The notes under the pieces were generated by a model. That model did no database searches, was not told the origin of the DNA, and saw only the letters and a program-made list of their open reading frames with translations. Shown here in pieces: positions 21,003 through 34,560 of a stretch of DNA of 64,000 nucleotides. Source of the stretch: Camelus dromedarius (lineage: Eukaryota); assembly GCF_036321535.1 (NCBI RefSeq), contig NC_087437.1, positions 53,818,001 to 53,882,000 on the forward strand. The letters run 5' to 3'. Positions within the stretch are counted from its first letter, which is position 1; every line of letters starts with the position of its first letter. A program made the translations under genes and the position numbers.

Positions 21003-23280
21003 ATTTTAAAGATAGATTTGTAAGGTATAATTGACATCCAATATGCTACACAAATTTAAAGTATGCAGTCTGATATCTACACACTTGTGAAACCACTGCT
21101 GCAACCAGACTAATGACCATATCCATCCTTCCCAAAAGTTTCCTAGTGTCCCTTTGTGACCTCTCCTTCCCTGTCAAACTTGCCCCTGCTTCTCTAGGGA
21201 AGAACTGGTCTGCTTTCTGTCAGTACAGATTTGTTTGCACTTTCTAGAACTTTACGTGAATGGAGTCATACAGTAGTACTCATTTTTGTCTGGCTTCTTT
21301 CACTCAGTGTAATTATTTTGTGACTTGCCCACGTTGTTGCATGTACCATTAGTTCATATGCCACAATTGTTTATCCATTCATCTGTTAATGGACATGTGG
21401 GCTGTTCCCAGGTTTCAGCTATTACAAAGAAAGCTGCTATGAGCATTCATGTATATGTCTTTGTTCAGAAATATGCTTTAATTTTTCTTGCATCCATCTC
21501 TAGGGGTGGAATGGCTGGATCATATGGTAGGTACATGTCTCATGTTTTAAGACACTGCCAAACATTTGCCCAAAGTGGTTATACCATTTTACATTCCCAC
21601 CAATAGTGAATTAACATTCCAGTTGTGCCTCATCTTTGCCAATACATGTAAGGTCAATTTTTAAAAAAATTTAGCCATTCTTATATGTATGTAGAGGTAC
21701 CTCATTGGATTTTATTTACATTCCCCTAATGATGAATAATTTTTTAGTATTTTTAAGTGTTTATTTGTTATCTATGTATCATTTTTGGTAAAGTGTTCAG
21801 ATATTTTACCTATTTTAAAACTATGTTATTTTTTCTAACTATTGTGTTCTTTATACACGAGTCCATTATACATACAAATCCATTATCAGATACATGATTT
21901 GCAAATATTTTCCCCTAATCCGTGGCTTGTCTTTTCATTATCTTAATGTCTTTTGCAGAGGAAAAGTTTTTAATTTTGATGAAGTACAGTTTATCATTTT
22001 TTTTTCTATAGATCATGCTTTTGGTGTTGTATCAAGGAAACCTTTGCTTAATCCAGGTGTCTATCACAGTAAAAAAAGTTGAGATTAGCTATAGGCCTGA
22101 AATATGATCTATATCTTGGTAAACATTTCACATGCACTTGAAAGGAATGTATATTCTGTTGTGGTTGGGTGGAGTTATCTTTAAATATCAACTCATTGAT
22201 CATGTTATTTAAGTGGTCAATACTCTTACTGATTTTTACGTCTGCTTCTTCCATCAACTGTTTAGGGAGGAATGTTAAAATCTCTATATTGTCAATTTTT
22301 CTGTTTCTCCTTCCAGTTCTGTCAGGTTCTGTGTGTTCATACATTTTGAAGCTTTGTAATGAGATGTATAAATTTAGGATTGTTATACTCTCTTTATGGA
22401 TTAACACTTCTGTTTACCACTATGATGTTCTTTATCCCTGGTAATATTCTTTGTTCTGAAATGTACTTGTCTGACATTAATATAGCCTCTCCAGTTTTCT
22501 TTTAATTAGAGTTAGCATGGTATATGTTTTTCTACCTTTTAACTTTTAACCTATTTGTATCCTTATATTTAAAATGCATTTCTTGTAAGCAGCATATAGT
22601 TGGGTCTTGCTTCTTTATTTAATCTGACAATCTCTGCCTTTCAATTTTGTGTTTAGATTATTTACATTTAATGTGAATATTATATGGTTAAGTTTGAATA
22701 TATCATATAGGTCTTTGTATTCTGTTTGTCCCATCTGTTCTTTGTTTTCCCTTTCAGATTCAGTTAGACTAGAATTAGTGTATTTGTTAGTATTTTATTT
22801 TATCTACTTTGTTGTCTTACTAGCTATAATTCTTTGTTTTGTTATTTTACCATTGCTTGAGGGTTTAATTTTTCACAGTCTACTTTCCAATGATATTATA
22901 CAACTTCATGTGTATTGTAAGAACCTTAAATAACATACTTCCACCTTCCCCTTCATGTCACCATATGATTGCTGTCATTAATTCTCCTTATAACTATGTT
23001 TTAAACCCCTTGGTACACTGGTATTATTTAAACAGACAATTATCTCTAAAATAGAATTAAACAATTAGAAAAAAATATTCTGTATCTACCCAGGTAGTTT
23101 CCACATCTGGTCCTCTTCATTTCTTTGTGTAGATCCATTTTTCCATTTGGTATTATTTTCCTCCTGTCTGAAGGACTTCCTTTAAAATTTCTTTTTGTGT
23201 GGGTCTGCTGGTGATGAATTCTTTGAAACTTGATATATCTGGAAAAGTCTTTACTTTGCCTAAAAGATATTTTCACAGAA
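21003..23280 (-). mobile_element. Fragmented L1 (L1MB-like 3' end, ORF2 and ORF1 remnants)
   Basis: aatggagtcatacagtagtactcatttttgtctggcttctttcactcag; gtggaatggctggatcatatggtagg; ttttgatgaagtacagtttatc; tttcttgtaagcagcatatagttgggtcttg; ggtctgctggtgatgaattctt. Internal deletions and no intact ORF. Confidence 0.9.
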
Positions 23281-25214
23281 GCAAAAGAGTCTGTATTATT
23301 TTAAGTGTGAAGAAAGACATAATTAAAATGACAGTTCACATATATCAAGCACTTACTATATCTCAACAATCTTCTGAATTAAGCATTATTATTATTTGCA
23401 TTACACAGATTTGGAGACTGAGGCCCAGAAAAATTAAGTAATTTGTCCAATGTCATACACCCAGTAAGTGACAAAGTGACATTCACATGACTCTAAGAGT
23501 CTCTAATCTAAACCACAACATTCTGCTGTCAAGAAAATAGAGGACATGTGAGTACACACTCCAGGAAATGCCTCATGCTAATATTTTTGAGAAAAAAAAA
23601 TTAAGTCACTTTAGAGTCATTCCAGACTCTTTCCAGGACAATGGTATTAACAGGAAACTCCTGGAGCCCTGTGAAACCAAACAGCTCCTCAGAGACATGC
23701 TAACAGAGAATCCAACCAAAGAAGCACCACAACGCAGAAAGGACTCTGTAAAAATCAGCTGCTGGGGGTTGGGATGGGTCTTGGTTCTCAGGGGGCATCT
23801 CCCAGTGGATGGCTACACACGCTGCAGTGATGGCGCTGGGTGGGGTGGCATGCTCTTTTCTGAAGTGCTCTGTGGGAACAGTATGGACGAAGCAAAGAGC
23901 ACTGGGTCTGCCCCCATGCTACCTGGGTGGATGGCCACAGCTCTAACAACTTGAGCATCCCATGTAAACTGCTTGGGCCTCATCTATAATGCAAGGACGC
24001 GAGTGATCATTCAGTCTACCATTTGGTGCTGTAAAAATGAGGATTATTATTGTTCTTGTTATTTTTCTGAATGTTTCAGGACTCAGGGATACAATGAAAA
24101 CATTGTATATCACACACATGACATATACCAAAAAAGCTGCACCAAGTTAGATTTTGGAACAGAAATTATTTATAAAACAAGTATTGCTACTAGGCATGTT
24201 TTGGTCTTCAGTTAAACTCTTTTTAAACTCTAGCTCCGTGGTGCAATGGTTTTGGAATTAGTAATAATAAAACATTAGTTACACTGGTTGAGTAACGATT
24301 TTATTTAAAACAGGATGAAATGTTAACCCTGTGATGCCCAGGACCAAATGTTAGACCTCTAAGTGGCTCCCCCTGTGAATGGCAGAGGCCAAGGTCATTG
24401 CCATTAAACCTTAGGTGGATGTCTGCGACACACACGGCACAGCTACCTGCATTTACCTCATAGTTTCACCTGGCCGTTTTACTGTTTTATCTGTGTTTCA
24501 AAATCCTTTTGGGAACACTCAGGGACGAAATATTGATTTTTTTTTTTTTTTTTTTACTGGCAGAGACACTGAAGCTCAGAAAGATTGATTTGGTCAAAGT
24601 CTCACTGCTTGTAGGGGGTGCAAGGCTCGGGAGGTCATGAGGCAGTACGAACCAGTGCTGAGAGCACGGTCTGAAGTCAGCGTCAGCCCGGGTGGGTACC
24701 TGCTGCATAATTCGGGGACAGTTACTATGTGAGAATGGGGACAATGCCTACGTTCATGGAGACGAAATGTGCTTAGCTCAGGGCTCAGCATTTGTCACAG
24801 GCGAGCTCCCACTTTTACACAATACTCCAAACAGCAGGAACATGCCTGCAATAAACCAGTCTCAATGGACTCAGTTTCACCCACCTCGCAGCTTGTGTGT
24901 CCTGGGTTTTGGAGATTTTTACCTGCTCCCTTTCCCTTCCTCTGCCCTGGCAGTTGGCCCGTCAGCCTGGGCCCATTCTCACCTGGCTCTGCAGCTTTCC
25001 CAAGAATGGGAGTGAGGGCTGCATTTCAGGTGGGAAGGGAGAAGAAAGAGGAAAAGCCGGAGTAACTCTTCTCTTGGGGGTTTGGCCCTGCTCTGATGTC
25101 CCATCTGACCCCTTCCCAGAGGCCTACACCTCCTTCTCCTCCTTAGCTCCAGCCCTCGGGGCCAAGCTCCCTGGCAAGTGCACTTTTCCTCTGGAACATG
25201 GGGCCTGTAGCTGG

Positions 25215-25385
25215 CCTCTGGGTTTGCAGAGAACCCATGCTAGCAGCAGCATCACCTGAGAACTTGCTGGAGACATTCCTGCACCAGGCCTACTGAACAA
25301 GAACTCCGGGTGGAGCCCAGCAGTCTGTGTTTTAAGAAACTTCCCAGGGAATTCCGGATGCAACTAAAGTGTGAAAATCACTGTC
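25215..25385. mobile_element. MER5A hAT-Charlie element
   Basis: cagcagcatcacctgagaacttgctgga…aggcctactgaacaagaactccgggtggagcccagcagtctgtgttttaagaaac…aaagtgtgaaaatcactg. Confidence 0.85.
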
Positions 25386-25989
25386 CTAGGGAAACAATGC
25401 AAAAGGAAGCTGAGGGCCTGAGCATTCTGCAAGCTGAGAACCTCTCAAGTTGTTAAAAGCTCTGTGCTCTCTATAGGAACAGGTGGTGGGGAGGAGGATG
25501 GAGAAAGGGTGAGGAGAGGGAGGGAGACTCAGCTAGGGAGAGGGGAGGAGGGCAGGAGGAGCTCAGAGGCTGAGCCCTGCTCTGTGGGAAAGGAAGGGGC
25601 AAAGGGGCAGGAATCCCACATTTACTGAGTACTTGCTACTGGGCAGGTACTTGGCATCCACTGTTTCCTTTCATTTTCAATTTAACATTTTTTAAAAAAG
25701 TAAATGTTATTTACTACTGTGTTACAGATGGGGACTCTGAGAGGTCAGGCTGGGAAAAGTGCGAAGAGAATAAGGTGAGAGTGATACAGATATAGGACCA
25801 CAAATATAGGCCTATAGATGGGTAGGACATCTGGAGGGACACCTGGGAACTATGTATAGACGGGAACTGAGGGCCCGGAGAAAGGACTTGAAAGATCACA
25901 CAGAAAGTCAGTGTTGACTAATTCCTAACCCAGGGGCTCTGTTCTCCACCCTATCAATGAGCATTTTAACTTTTTCTTACAAATTTAAA

Positions 25990-26250
25990 ACTGTTTTTAA
26001 ACTTTTAATTTGAAGTAATTTTGGATGTACAGAAAAGTTGGAGAAAAAGTGAAGATTTCTTTACATCCCTCACTGTGCTTCCCCCTAAAGGTGACATCTT
26101 ACATTGTCATAGTATAGTTATCAGGAACTTTTGTGTGGGGGGGGTGTTACTTAAACTTCAAATTTTGAGGTAATTGTCGATTTCCATTCAATTATAAAAA
26201 ATAATACAGAGCATTCCTATACATCCTTTATGGAGTTTTCCCCAACAGAA
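25990..26250 (-). mobile_element. Old L1 (L1MC/MD-like) 3' end fragments
   Basis: ttttaatttgaagtaattttggatgtacagaaaagttg…gtgacatcttacattgtcatagtatagttatcagga; aaaaataatacagagcattcctatacatccttta. Confidence 0.65.
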
Positions 26251-27854
26251 AAAACTGACCTAGAACTTTCAGGTTTGTGTGTTTTTGATTTACTCTTCAG
26301 GTTCAAGGAGACGGAGAAGGCAGAACAAATGAAAAAGAAGTAAGAGTGGAAAGGGTTTTCTTAGCAGGAAAGATGGGCATCTGCTCTTCCTGGACCTGCG
26401 GTTGCTTCTCGAGGGAGTGCCCATGCCTTCCAACAAAAGCCTGCGGGTCTAAGCAGCTGCAGTGCCAGCCAAGGGGACCTGCACAGGCAGCAGGCAGCAG
26501 GCAGCAAGGAGCAGTGGCAGTGTGCCGGGAGCTTAGCACCTCACAAAACCTTGCACTTGGGAGGAATCTTGAAGGTCAGCCAGCCAATCCTTCATCTGGT
26601 GCTTGAGTCTCTACCAACCTCCGCTGGGAACTCACCCCTATTCCCAAGCTTTGCTACCTTGGAGTGCTAGAAAGTTCTTTCACTGGACATGAGAGCAGGG
26701 CTGTGCTTTCTTGCTCACTGTGCTATTCCTACTCCCCCCTTCCTTGCCCTGCCCTCACTCCCAACACAGTGCTCAATAAATACCAGTTGAATGGAGGGAT
26801 GGATGAATGAACTAGTGAGCAGACACTCTGCCCAGTTTGCATGGTTAGAGCACAGTCTCCCTCTGAAGGAAGGTGGCGGGGACTTGCGGGGACTTGCAGG
26901 GACACTGCCACCATGACCCAGCCCCCTCTGAGCCTCGCTGAGGGCAGGAGCCCTTGGAACTCAGATGGATGGGAGAGCTCCAGGCTGAGAGGTCCCTGGG
27001 GAGGGGAGATGCTTCTTTGAAGTGTCCTGAGTGCCAGGGCCAAGTGGCAGCCTTCCTCCATGGTCATGACTTATTACATTCCTGGGCAAGTCAAGGGAAA
27101 TTCGATTCATATGTTCCCGAGTTATTTACACGATTCCCAGCAAGATGCTGCTGTTGTGTAAGAACCTTTTGACGTCGATGGTGTGGCTTTCTTTTTTCCA
27201 TTCTGAAAAGAGTCCCTGAAAAAACCCAACTCCACTGTCCCTGAAGAGAGAGGGGCTGGAGCACAGGGAATGGTCATCTGGGGCTGTCCCACTGGCAACA
27301 CGGTGTCTGGGGAGACTGTTTTCAGTGAGTCTCAGAGGGGAGGCCAAGGAATTAGGGAGACAGAGCACAGGGACTGCTGCCCCCGGACTCTGGCCCAGCT
27401 GTGTGCCCACGTGGGCTCTGCCAGCTGCTACCAGCACGGCCTCAGCGGAGGAGGGAGGTGGAAACAGCTCAAGGAGTTGGCAAAGAACAGGGAGGAACAG
27501 ATAGCTGGTGCATCGGGAAGAGGGGTGGGGGCAGGGGCATCCAGGAAGGGCCTGGGTTTGCCTTCCAGCATAACCTGGGGCAAGTTACTTCCTCCCCACC
27601 TCCCCGCCTCAGTTTCCCCTTCTGTGTAATATCAGGCTGCACTCTGCTCCACCATCCTTATGGGTCCCCACAGACTATTCTAGGACTGTTCTTTTGGGTG
27701 TCTTATTGTGAAGATTATCTGGCAATGCCTAGGTAAATATTTTTCAATAAAATGTTTTTACCACAATCCTCAGTAAGAAATACCTTTTACACAAAGAACC
27801 TAGTATATATAATTGAAACAAAGTTTTCACAAATCAGTTCTTTCCCTTCCTACG

Positions 27855-28460
27855 AGGATAGACATGCAGATCAATGAAACAGCAGAGAATCCAGAAACAA
27901 ACCTACACCTTTATGGTCAAGTGAGTTCCAACCAAGGTGCCAAGGCAGTTTAATGGGGAAAGAGAGCCCTTCTGGATAATAATGGCACACATGGATATCC
28001 GTATGCAAAAACACACACTTACATGCATACATACCTTTACACTCTTATGTCACATGATACACACAAATGAACAACAACAAAAAAAGGATCGTAGATTGGC
28101 ACGTAAGAGCTAAAAGTAAGGAGTCAACTATACGACCTTGTTAACAACAAGGGTGGTCCTCACAAACATTATGTCGAGTGAAAGAAGACAAACATGAGAG
28201 ACTAAATATTTTGTGTTTCCATTTACATGAAATTTCTAGAAAAGGCAAAATATTCAAGACACAAAGCAGATCAGAGGTTTACTTGGGATACAGGGCTGCT
28301 AACCAGTGTGGGGGAGCTTTGTGGGATGACAGCAGTGTTCTGAAACTGTGGTGATGGTTGCACAGCCATATAAATTCGCTGCAAATCATCAAACTTATAC
28401 ACTTATAATGGATGAATTTTATGGGATGCAAATTATAACTCAAAGAGACATGGCAACTAA
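27855..28460 (+). mobile_element. L1MB-like ORF2 fragment and 3' end
   Basis: gatagacatgcagatcaatgaaacagcagagaatccagaaacaaacctacac…ccatttacatgaaatttctagaaaaggcaaaa…gtggtgatggttgcacagcc…ggatgaattttatgggatgcaaattata. Confidence 0.85.
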
Positions 28461-29476
28461 TAAAATTAAAGCTAAAGGATAAAGATGATAAATGACGTAC
28501 TCATTTGTGTTGTGTTCTTTGAGCATGATGAGTTAGTTCCAAACCACCTCTTACTGCTTCATTAGTCTCTCTCATAACATCCATGGCATCATTGCACATA
28601 GAATATCACTCATAAATACTAGTCATTTGAAAAGACTAGAAAGAATAGACACATAGTGATAAGATTTATATTGAAAACTAAACTTTTTTTAAGAAAAGGA
28701 GTTTAGAAATCTAAGCAAGTCTTCCAGTATTTTCATATGCAATCCCAACAAATGCCATTAGCAGACCATAATTAGCCATAGCGTCAATATTCACCAAAGG
28801 CACAGTCCAATGGGTCTGAATACTTAGCTAGAACACAAAAAACTGGTTTCCAATTATAGCTAAAATATCAAGATGTGCAAATGAGTGACTTCAAAAAGAT
28901 GTAGAAAGCAGAGTATAGACTAAGTTGTCCCAACAATCATCCACTCAGGCCCAGACGCAGGCTGTGTTGCTCAGCTGGGTAGTGGGTGACTGTTCTCATC
29001 CATTCACGTGTGCCTGGCTCCAGGCTGGGCCCTGGGTTCAGAGCGTGAATGATCTCTGCTCTCAAGGGTCTCTCGTTGAGTGAAAGACACAGAACAGGCA
29101 TGGGGAATAACTTGGGTAGAGAATACTGTTACAGAGGGGAGTGTGGGGAGCTGTGGGAGCATGGAGGAGGACAGTCAGCCCAGACATTGGTTCCAGATGG
29201 GAAGTTTCTGTCCTAGGAAAAGGGCAAAGCAGTAGGAAAGGTTAAGTGTGGAACACTGATGGGAAAGCATTCTGGGAGGAGAATGTGAAGGCCTAAGCCT
29301 CAATCTTGGTTCTGCCACTGATAAGCTGCATGATGCATTGCTTATACAATCGCTGAGCCAGAATGTTATGTAAGTAAAGAGAGAAGTTTGAACTGAGTTC
29401 AGTTCTGAAATCCTTGGAAAGATCACCGATAAGAACTGGGTACAAATTCATGCTGTGAAACATGCATTAATAGTTT

Positions 29477-29495
29477 TAGCCACCAGATGGCAGTA
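29477..29495 (+). promoter_or_regulatory. CTCF-binding motif
   Basis: TAGCCACCAGATGGCAGTA fits the 19-bp CTCF core consensus (…CCACCAG[G/A][G/T]GGC[G/A]…) and lies in unique sequence. Binding is not demonstrated. Confidence 0.7.
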
Positions 29496-31959
29496 GAGGA
29501 TCTCTTTCAGAATAAATAGGACTTTGCCTCCATCACTGAAGCCTCATCCTGTGGGTGGCCCACTGAATTAGGGGCTGATGGACGCCACCATCTCCACAGC
29601 TGGCGTGTATATAAGAGGCTCTTCTGAGATACATGAACAGCAATTCTCATTAAAAAAAAGAAAAACCTTTAGGGGAACTAATCATTAGTTGTCTTCAAAT
29701 ATACACATTTGAAGAGCAGCCCCTTTGATGCCTGCTGATACACTTTGGAGGACTTCCTGGCATTGGTATGCTACAGCTCTGGTTCTGATCCCATGTGCTG
29801 GACACATAGAGGGGAGGTGTTCTGTTTGGGTCCTAGTGGGACAACCTGCCCACCCCTCAATGCTGTAATTAGGCAGCATTGATCACAGGAAATGGCTGCC
29901 TGCCTTGCAAGGGACCTATGTCCCATCCCTGGGGCTTTGAGCAACAATGGGCAGTTAAAAGGCTGAGGAGGTAATTCCAGATATTCATGTGGCCATATCT
30001 GAATCAGAGAGCCCCGTGAGGATCTGATGGAAGACATGAATCCTGTCCTTTGGGAGATTCACGATATACACGTTATTTCAGCAGCTTCGCAGGCCTTGTG
30101 CCTAGGGACCCCAGGCAATGGGCTACTCAGAGTTCCTTTCAGCCTTAAGAACTTAATGCCATGTATTTACTCTGGGTGGCCAGCTATACACATTAGCTTT
30201 CTAATTTGTGGTAAGACTAAACTTGGTTATTTTCCCTAGAGAAGCAGCAGCAGGAGTGATGAGTCCTGAGTCTTAGCATGGCTAATATCTAAACATCGGA
30301 CCACGAAGGGTCAGTTAGATGTCACTGTGATGTGTTTGGATCTGGGTTTTCCTGTTAGCACTTCAGCCCTGCAGAAAGGCTGCATTCTGAAGCTTTGCTC
30401 CAGGGGAGGCTGAAGATCTGCACGTTTCCAGCCAGGGCCAGCCTGCTGGGAACGCACCTCTGCTGCACAGGGAGGACGTGGAATTTTGGCCAGCTATGTG
30501 TCCACATCTCAGTCTTGGGTTTTCCCTGTATGTCTTTGTGCTAGAAAACTCCAGGGATGCTACCTGCCTTTCTGTGCACTACACAGCTGCCCCATACACT
30601 CATGACTTTGGGGTTCTTTGCTTCCTGAGGCTAGTGACCTAGAAGCATCATAGGACTACATAACCGCCAATGAATTTGAGGTGGGAGTCTCTACCTGGTC
30701 CTGGCTCTGCCATTTATTAACTGTGAGTCTCTGGGCCTCAAATATATAATGGGGATAATGACTCCTTTTCTTGCCTCTCAGGGTTCATTTATTTGACAAA
30801 TATGCACGGAGAGCTTGTTATGTGCTACTCGCAGCTCCTAACACTGTGGATACAAAGAGTGAGACAGATATGGTTTCTCCGTCCTGATGAAGCTGACAGT
30901 CTAGGCTAGTTTGCGAATCAAATCAGAAAATATATCTGAACACCTCCCTTTAACTACAAAGTGCTCTGCTGACGTGCAGTCATCCCACTGTTTTTGAATG
31001 GTTTTGCGGCCTGTTGTGGCAGGAGACACAGACTCAAGGTTACGAGCATCACAAACATAGGGAAGTTACCTCCAAGCAGAGTCGACAGACCTCAGTCCTG
31101 CTCGGTGGGAAAGTGCAGAGGGGCTGGCTGTGTCTGTCCTCGTTCCTTCGTGGTAGGCTTCCTCTTGGAAGGTAAGTGGATGGGACTGGGGCCTCTATTA
31201 TTCAAACAAAACACAAAGTCCTCCTCTGAGCTTTGGGCAGAGAAGCTTGATCTTGGAGAGAATGTGGGCGGGATGTTGCTAGCCAGGGCAGCGCCCAGGA
31301 CACCTCCAAGTCTCACACCCCTCCCGGGTTTCTCTGTCTGATTCTGCTCCCCCATCCCCGTATCTGGTGCTGGGTGCCCGGCTTCATGCCCTCCCCCATC
31401 CCAAACCTTTGCCTCTTGTTTTTATTTTTTATTATTATTATTTTTAGAATAATTGATTCAATATGGCATTGCGAAAGAATCTGTTTAAAAATGAGAGGAA
31501 ATGAAAAAAGAAAATGGTAAGATGTACAAAATGAGACATGTTATTGGAGGACAGGGTTTTGCACAGGAGAGGCTGTAGCAGGGAGCTGTGAATTCTCTTC
31601 TTCAGGAATATTTGCTCCTCAGCACCCGTCTCCTTCTGTGGGGCCCCAGCTGGCCTAGCGTCTTCCACACGAGTCCCTGTACTGACTCTGTACCACGTGG
31701 TTTCCAGGTGCCATCTTGTTTCCTGGTCACTCAGGCTTGCGGTAACCCCGACCCTATCCAAGGACAAACTCCAAATGACCTGACACTAAGCCTTTCCTTC
31801 GCTCAAACCCCAAGTATTTGAGATGCATTGAGGTCACAGCTGATTAAAGCCACCTTCTGCCTTTTCCCCAGGTATTTCTTGTGTCTGTCCTTTTTCCTTA
31901 GCCCACCACTATAGAAGATTGACAGCATCAATTTCTATGTCTCCCTCTATCTGTGCCCT

Positions 31960-32310
31960 CTGGGTGTGTCTCTTAAATGGAATTTTGGCTCAGCTGAGAC
32001 ACTTACTTTGGAAAATGGAATAGTGGCAAACTTGATGCAAGCAGAGGCTTTTTAAAAAGTTCTTGATTTCTCTCTTGGACCTCTGTCACTGCCATGAGAA
32101 TATGCTTGAGCCAGGCTGCTGGTGAAGTGTCACAGACACATGGAGGAGAGCCAACCAGAGAGTCCCCAGGCAACCTGCCAACTGACCAACCACAGACACA
32201 TGAGTTGGCTCAGATCAGCAGAACCTCCAAGTGAGCTGTAGATTTCTGAAAAATAGTAGATGGTAAATGTTAGTGTGACTTGTTACTCAGCAGTACCTAG
32301 TTGATACAAT
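31960..32310 (+). mobile_element. MLT1 (H/I-like) LTR
   Basis: aatggaatagtggcaaacttgatgcaagcagaggcttt…ctgccatgagaatatgcttgagccaggctgctgg…tgttactcagcagtacctagttgataca. Confidence 0.65.
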
Positions 32311-33736
32311 TGTGCTGCTCAGACCATCTTCATGTCTTTCTTAGGTTATGGTAATGGTAATTCATCGGCACCTCAATGGTAACTCATCTCCTGGCCTCCA
32401 GGGGATACCCTGTCGGCAGAGTGATCTCATGTTATTATTGGACTGAACAGGATTATTACCTGAAGAGGCCATAAGGATTATCTTGTCCATTTCACAGATA
32501 AGGAAATTGAGGCCTAGAGATAGAAAGTGACTTGTCCTCATCCAAAGACTCAGTGGCAGCCCCACTCAGCCCCAAGACTGGAAACAAAATCTTTACACTT
32601 TGTGTTTGAGGCTCTTGCCCTACACTGGAAATCTGCTACCTGGTCAGAGTAACTCATTCCCATCTCACATTCTAAAGTGTCCATCTCCCACTAGATTTTC
32701 TGGTAACAAATGTCTATTCTCTGCTTTCACTGAGAAGCATTTCGAAAGTTCGTAAGTCTCTCCCCAGATGTCAAAGGTGACTGGTGTGTGATGGTCCAGT
32801 TCCAGGGACCCCTCCAAGAAAACAGCAGCTTCCGCAGCACTCAGTTTACCCTTCCTCTGCATCTCCTGGCTCTGCTTGGAGATAAACCAGGCTCTTCCTG
32901 GTCTGAGAGGCCAGTCCCTACATCCAGACACAGCTGCTCCTAACCTTTATAAAGATTCCACACAGATGACCTATGAGGCCCACTTGCTAGCTTTGTCCCT
33001 GTGGACCTCCCCAGGGTTACAAAAACTCCCAGCTGCAAGCTGGGATTCTACTTCTTTTGCTCCGTTAAGAAGGCAAGTGGGACGAGGATGAGGGTGACAT
33101 TATGAAAGGAACAGCCTCAACTGCACCTTGATTTAGACAGCAGTGAATCACTGGAAAAGTCTTCAATGCAGCTGCTTCTGAGCACAGCCACAGCACTGCA
33201 CCTGAGACCCGTGGACACGTGTAGGCTCTCTCAGGGTCACAGGGTAGAGCCCCAGGCTCCCTCCTGGTCATAACTAAACCATTTTGGGTGCCATGGGGAC
33301 TGGCAACAGCCATGCTTTTACATCATACGGGTTCTTCCCCATGGTTCCCTGAGCCTCCAGGCAAATTGATTCCTAAAACAGCCAGTTGAAGGTTTCTGTT
33401 TGGTCTTACTGCTTCATGTGGTTCCCAATTCCCAAACCATAGGCTACGTATACAAAATAATTTAATATTAATAAGGGGGAGCTGGGAGACCCTTGATCCC
33501 CATTTCCCACTCTGATACCCTTCGTATCTCCAACAATGCCCTTCCTCCAGGTCAGTCTCCATCTAGGTGAGATGCTGTCAGTTTGACAGCCCAGAGGACT
33601 CTGGACCAGAAAATGGGGCTCCTCCTCACCCCCAGTGCTTAGAAATGTAAAGCACAGCCCCTCTCTCTCCCTAGTAGCCCCCACAGTCATTTGAATACCC
33701 ACCACTCTTACTGGGTGGGCTTTAAATCAACACTGG

Positions 33737-34560
33737 CAATGAGGTATCACCTCACACCAGTCAGAATGGCCATCATTAAGAAATACACAAATGATAAATG
33801 CTGGAGAGGGTGTGGAGAAAAGGGAACCCTACACTATTGTTGGGAGTGCAGTTTGGTGAAGCCATTATGGAAAACAGTATGGAAATTCCTTAAAAACTAA
33901 AAATAGACTTATGATCCAGCAATACCACTCCTGGGCCTATATCCGGAGGGAATTCTACTTTGAAAAGATATATGCACCCCAGTGTTCATAGTAGTGTTAT
34001 ATACAATAGCCAGGACGTAGAAACAACCTAAATGTCTATTGACAGATGATGGGATAAAGAAGCTGTGGTATATTTATACAATGGAATATTACTCAGCCAT
34101 AAAAAATAATAAAATAATATCATTTGCAGCAACATGGATGGACCTGGAGATTTTCATTCTAAGTGAAGTAAGCCAGAAAGAGAAAGAAAAATACCATATC
34201 ATATCACTCATATGTGGAATCTAAAAAAAGAAAAAATAAAGAAAGACACTAATGAACGCACCTACAAAACGGAAACAGATTCACAAACATAGTAAACAAT
34301 CTTATGGTTACTGGGGGGGTGGGAAGGGATAAACTGAGAGTTTGAGATTTGCAAATATTAACTACCATATATAAAAATAGATAAAAAATAAATTTCTTCT
34401 GTATAGCATAGGAAACTGTATTCAGTATCTTGTAGTAACCTATAATGAAAAAGAATATGAAAATGAATATATGTATGTATATGTATGATTGAAACATGCT
34501 GTACACCAGAAATTGACACATTGTAACTGACTATACTTCAATTAAAAAATAATAATAATT
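33737..34560 (+). mobile_element. 5'-truncated young L1 with complete 3'UTR
   Basis: caatgaggtatcacctcacaccagtcagaatggccatcattaa…tactcagccataaaaaataataaaataat…gcaacatggatggacctggaga…gtacaccagaaattgacacattgtaactgactatacttcaattaaaaa. Confidence 0.95.

Noticed and set aside
29580..29610. Second CTCF-like motif (CCACAGCTGGCG)
   Set aside because: The core spacing is one base short of consensus, so the match is weak.
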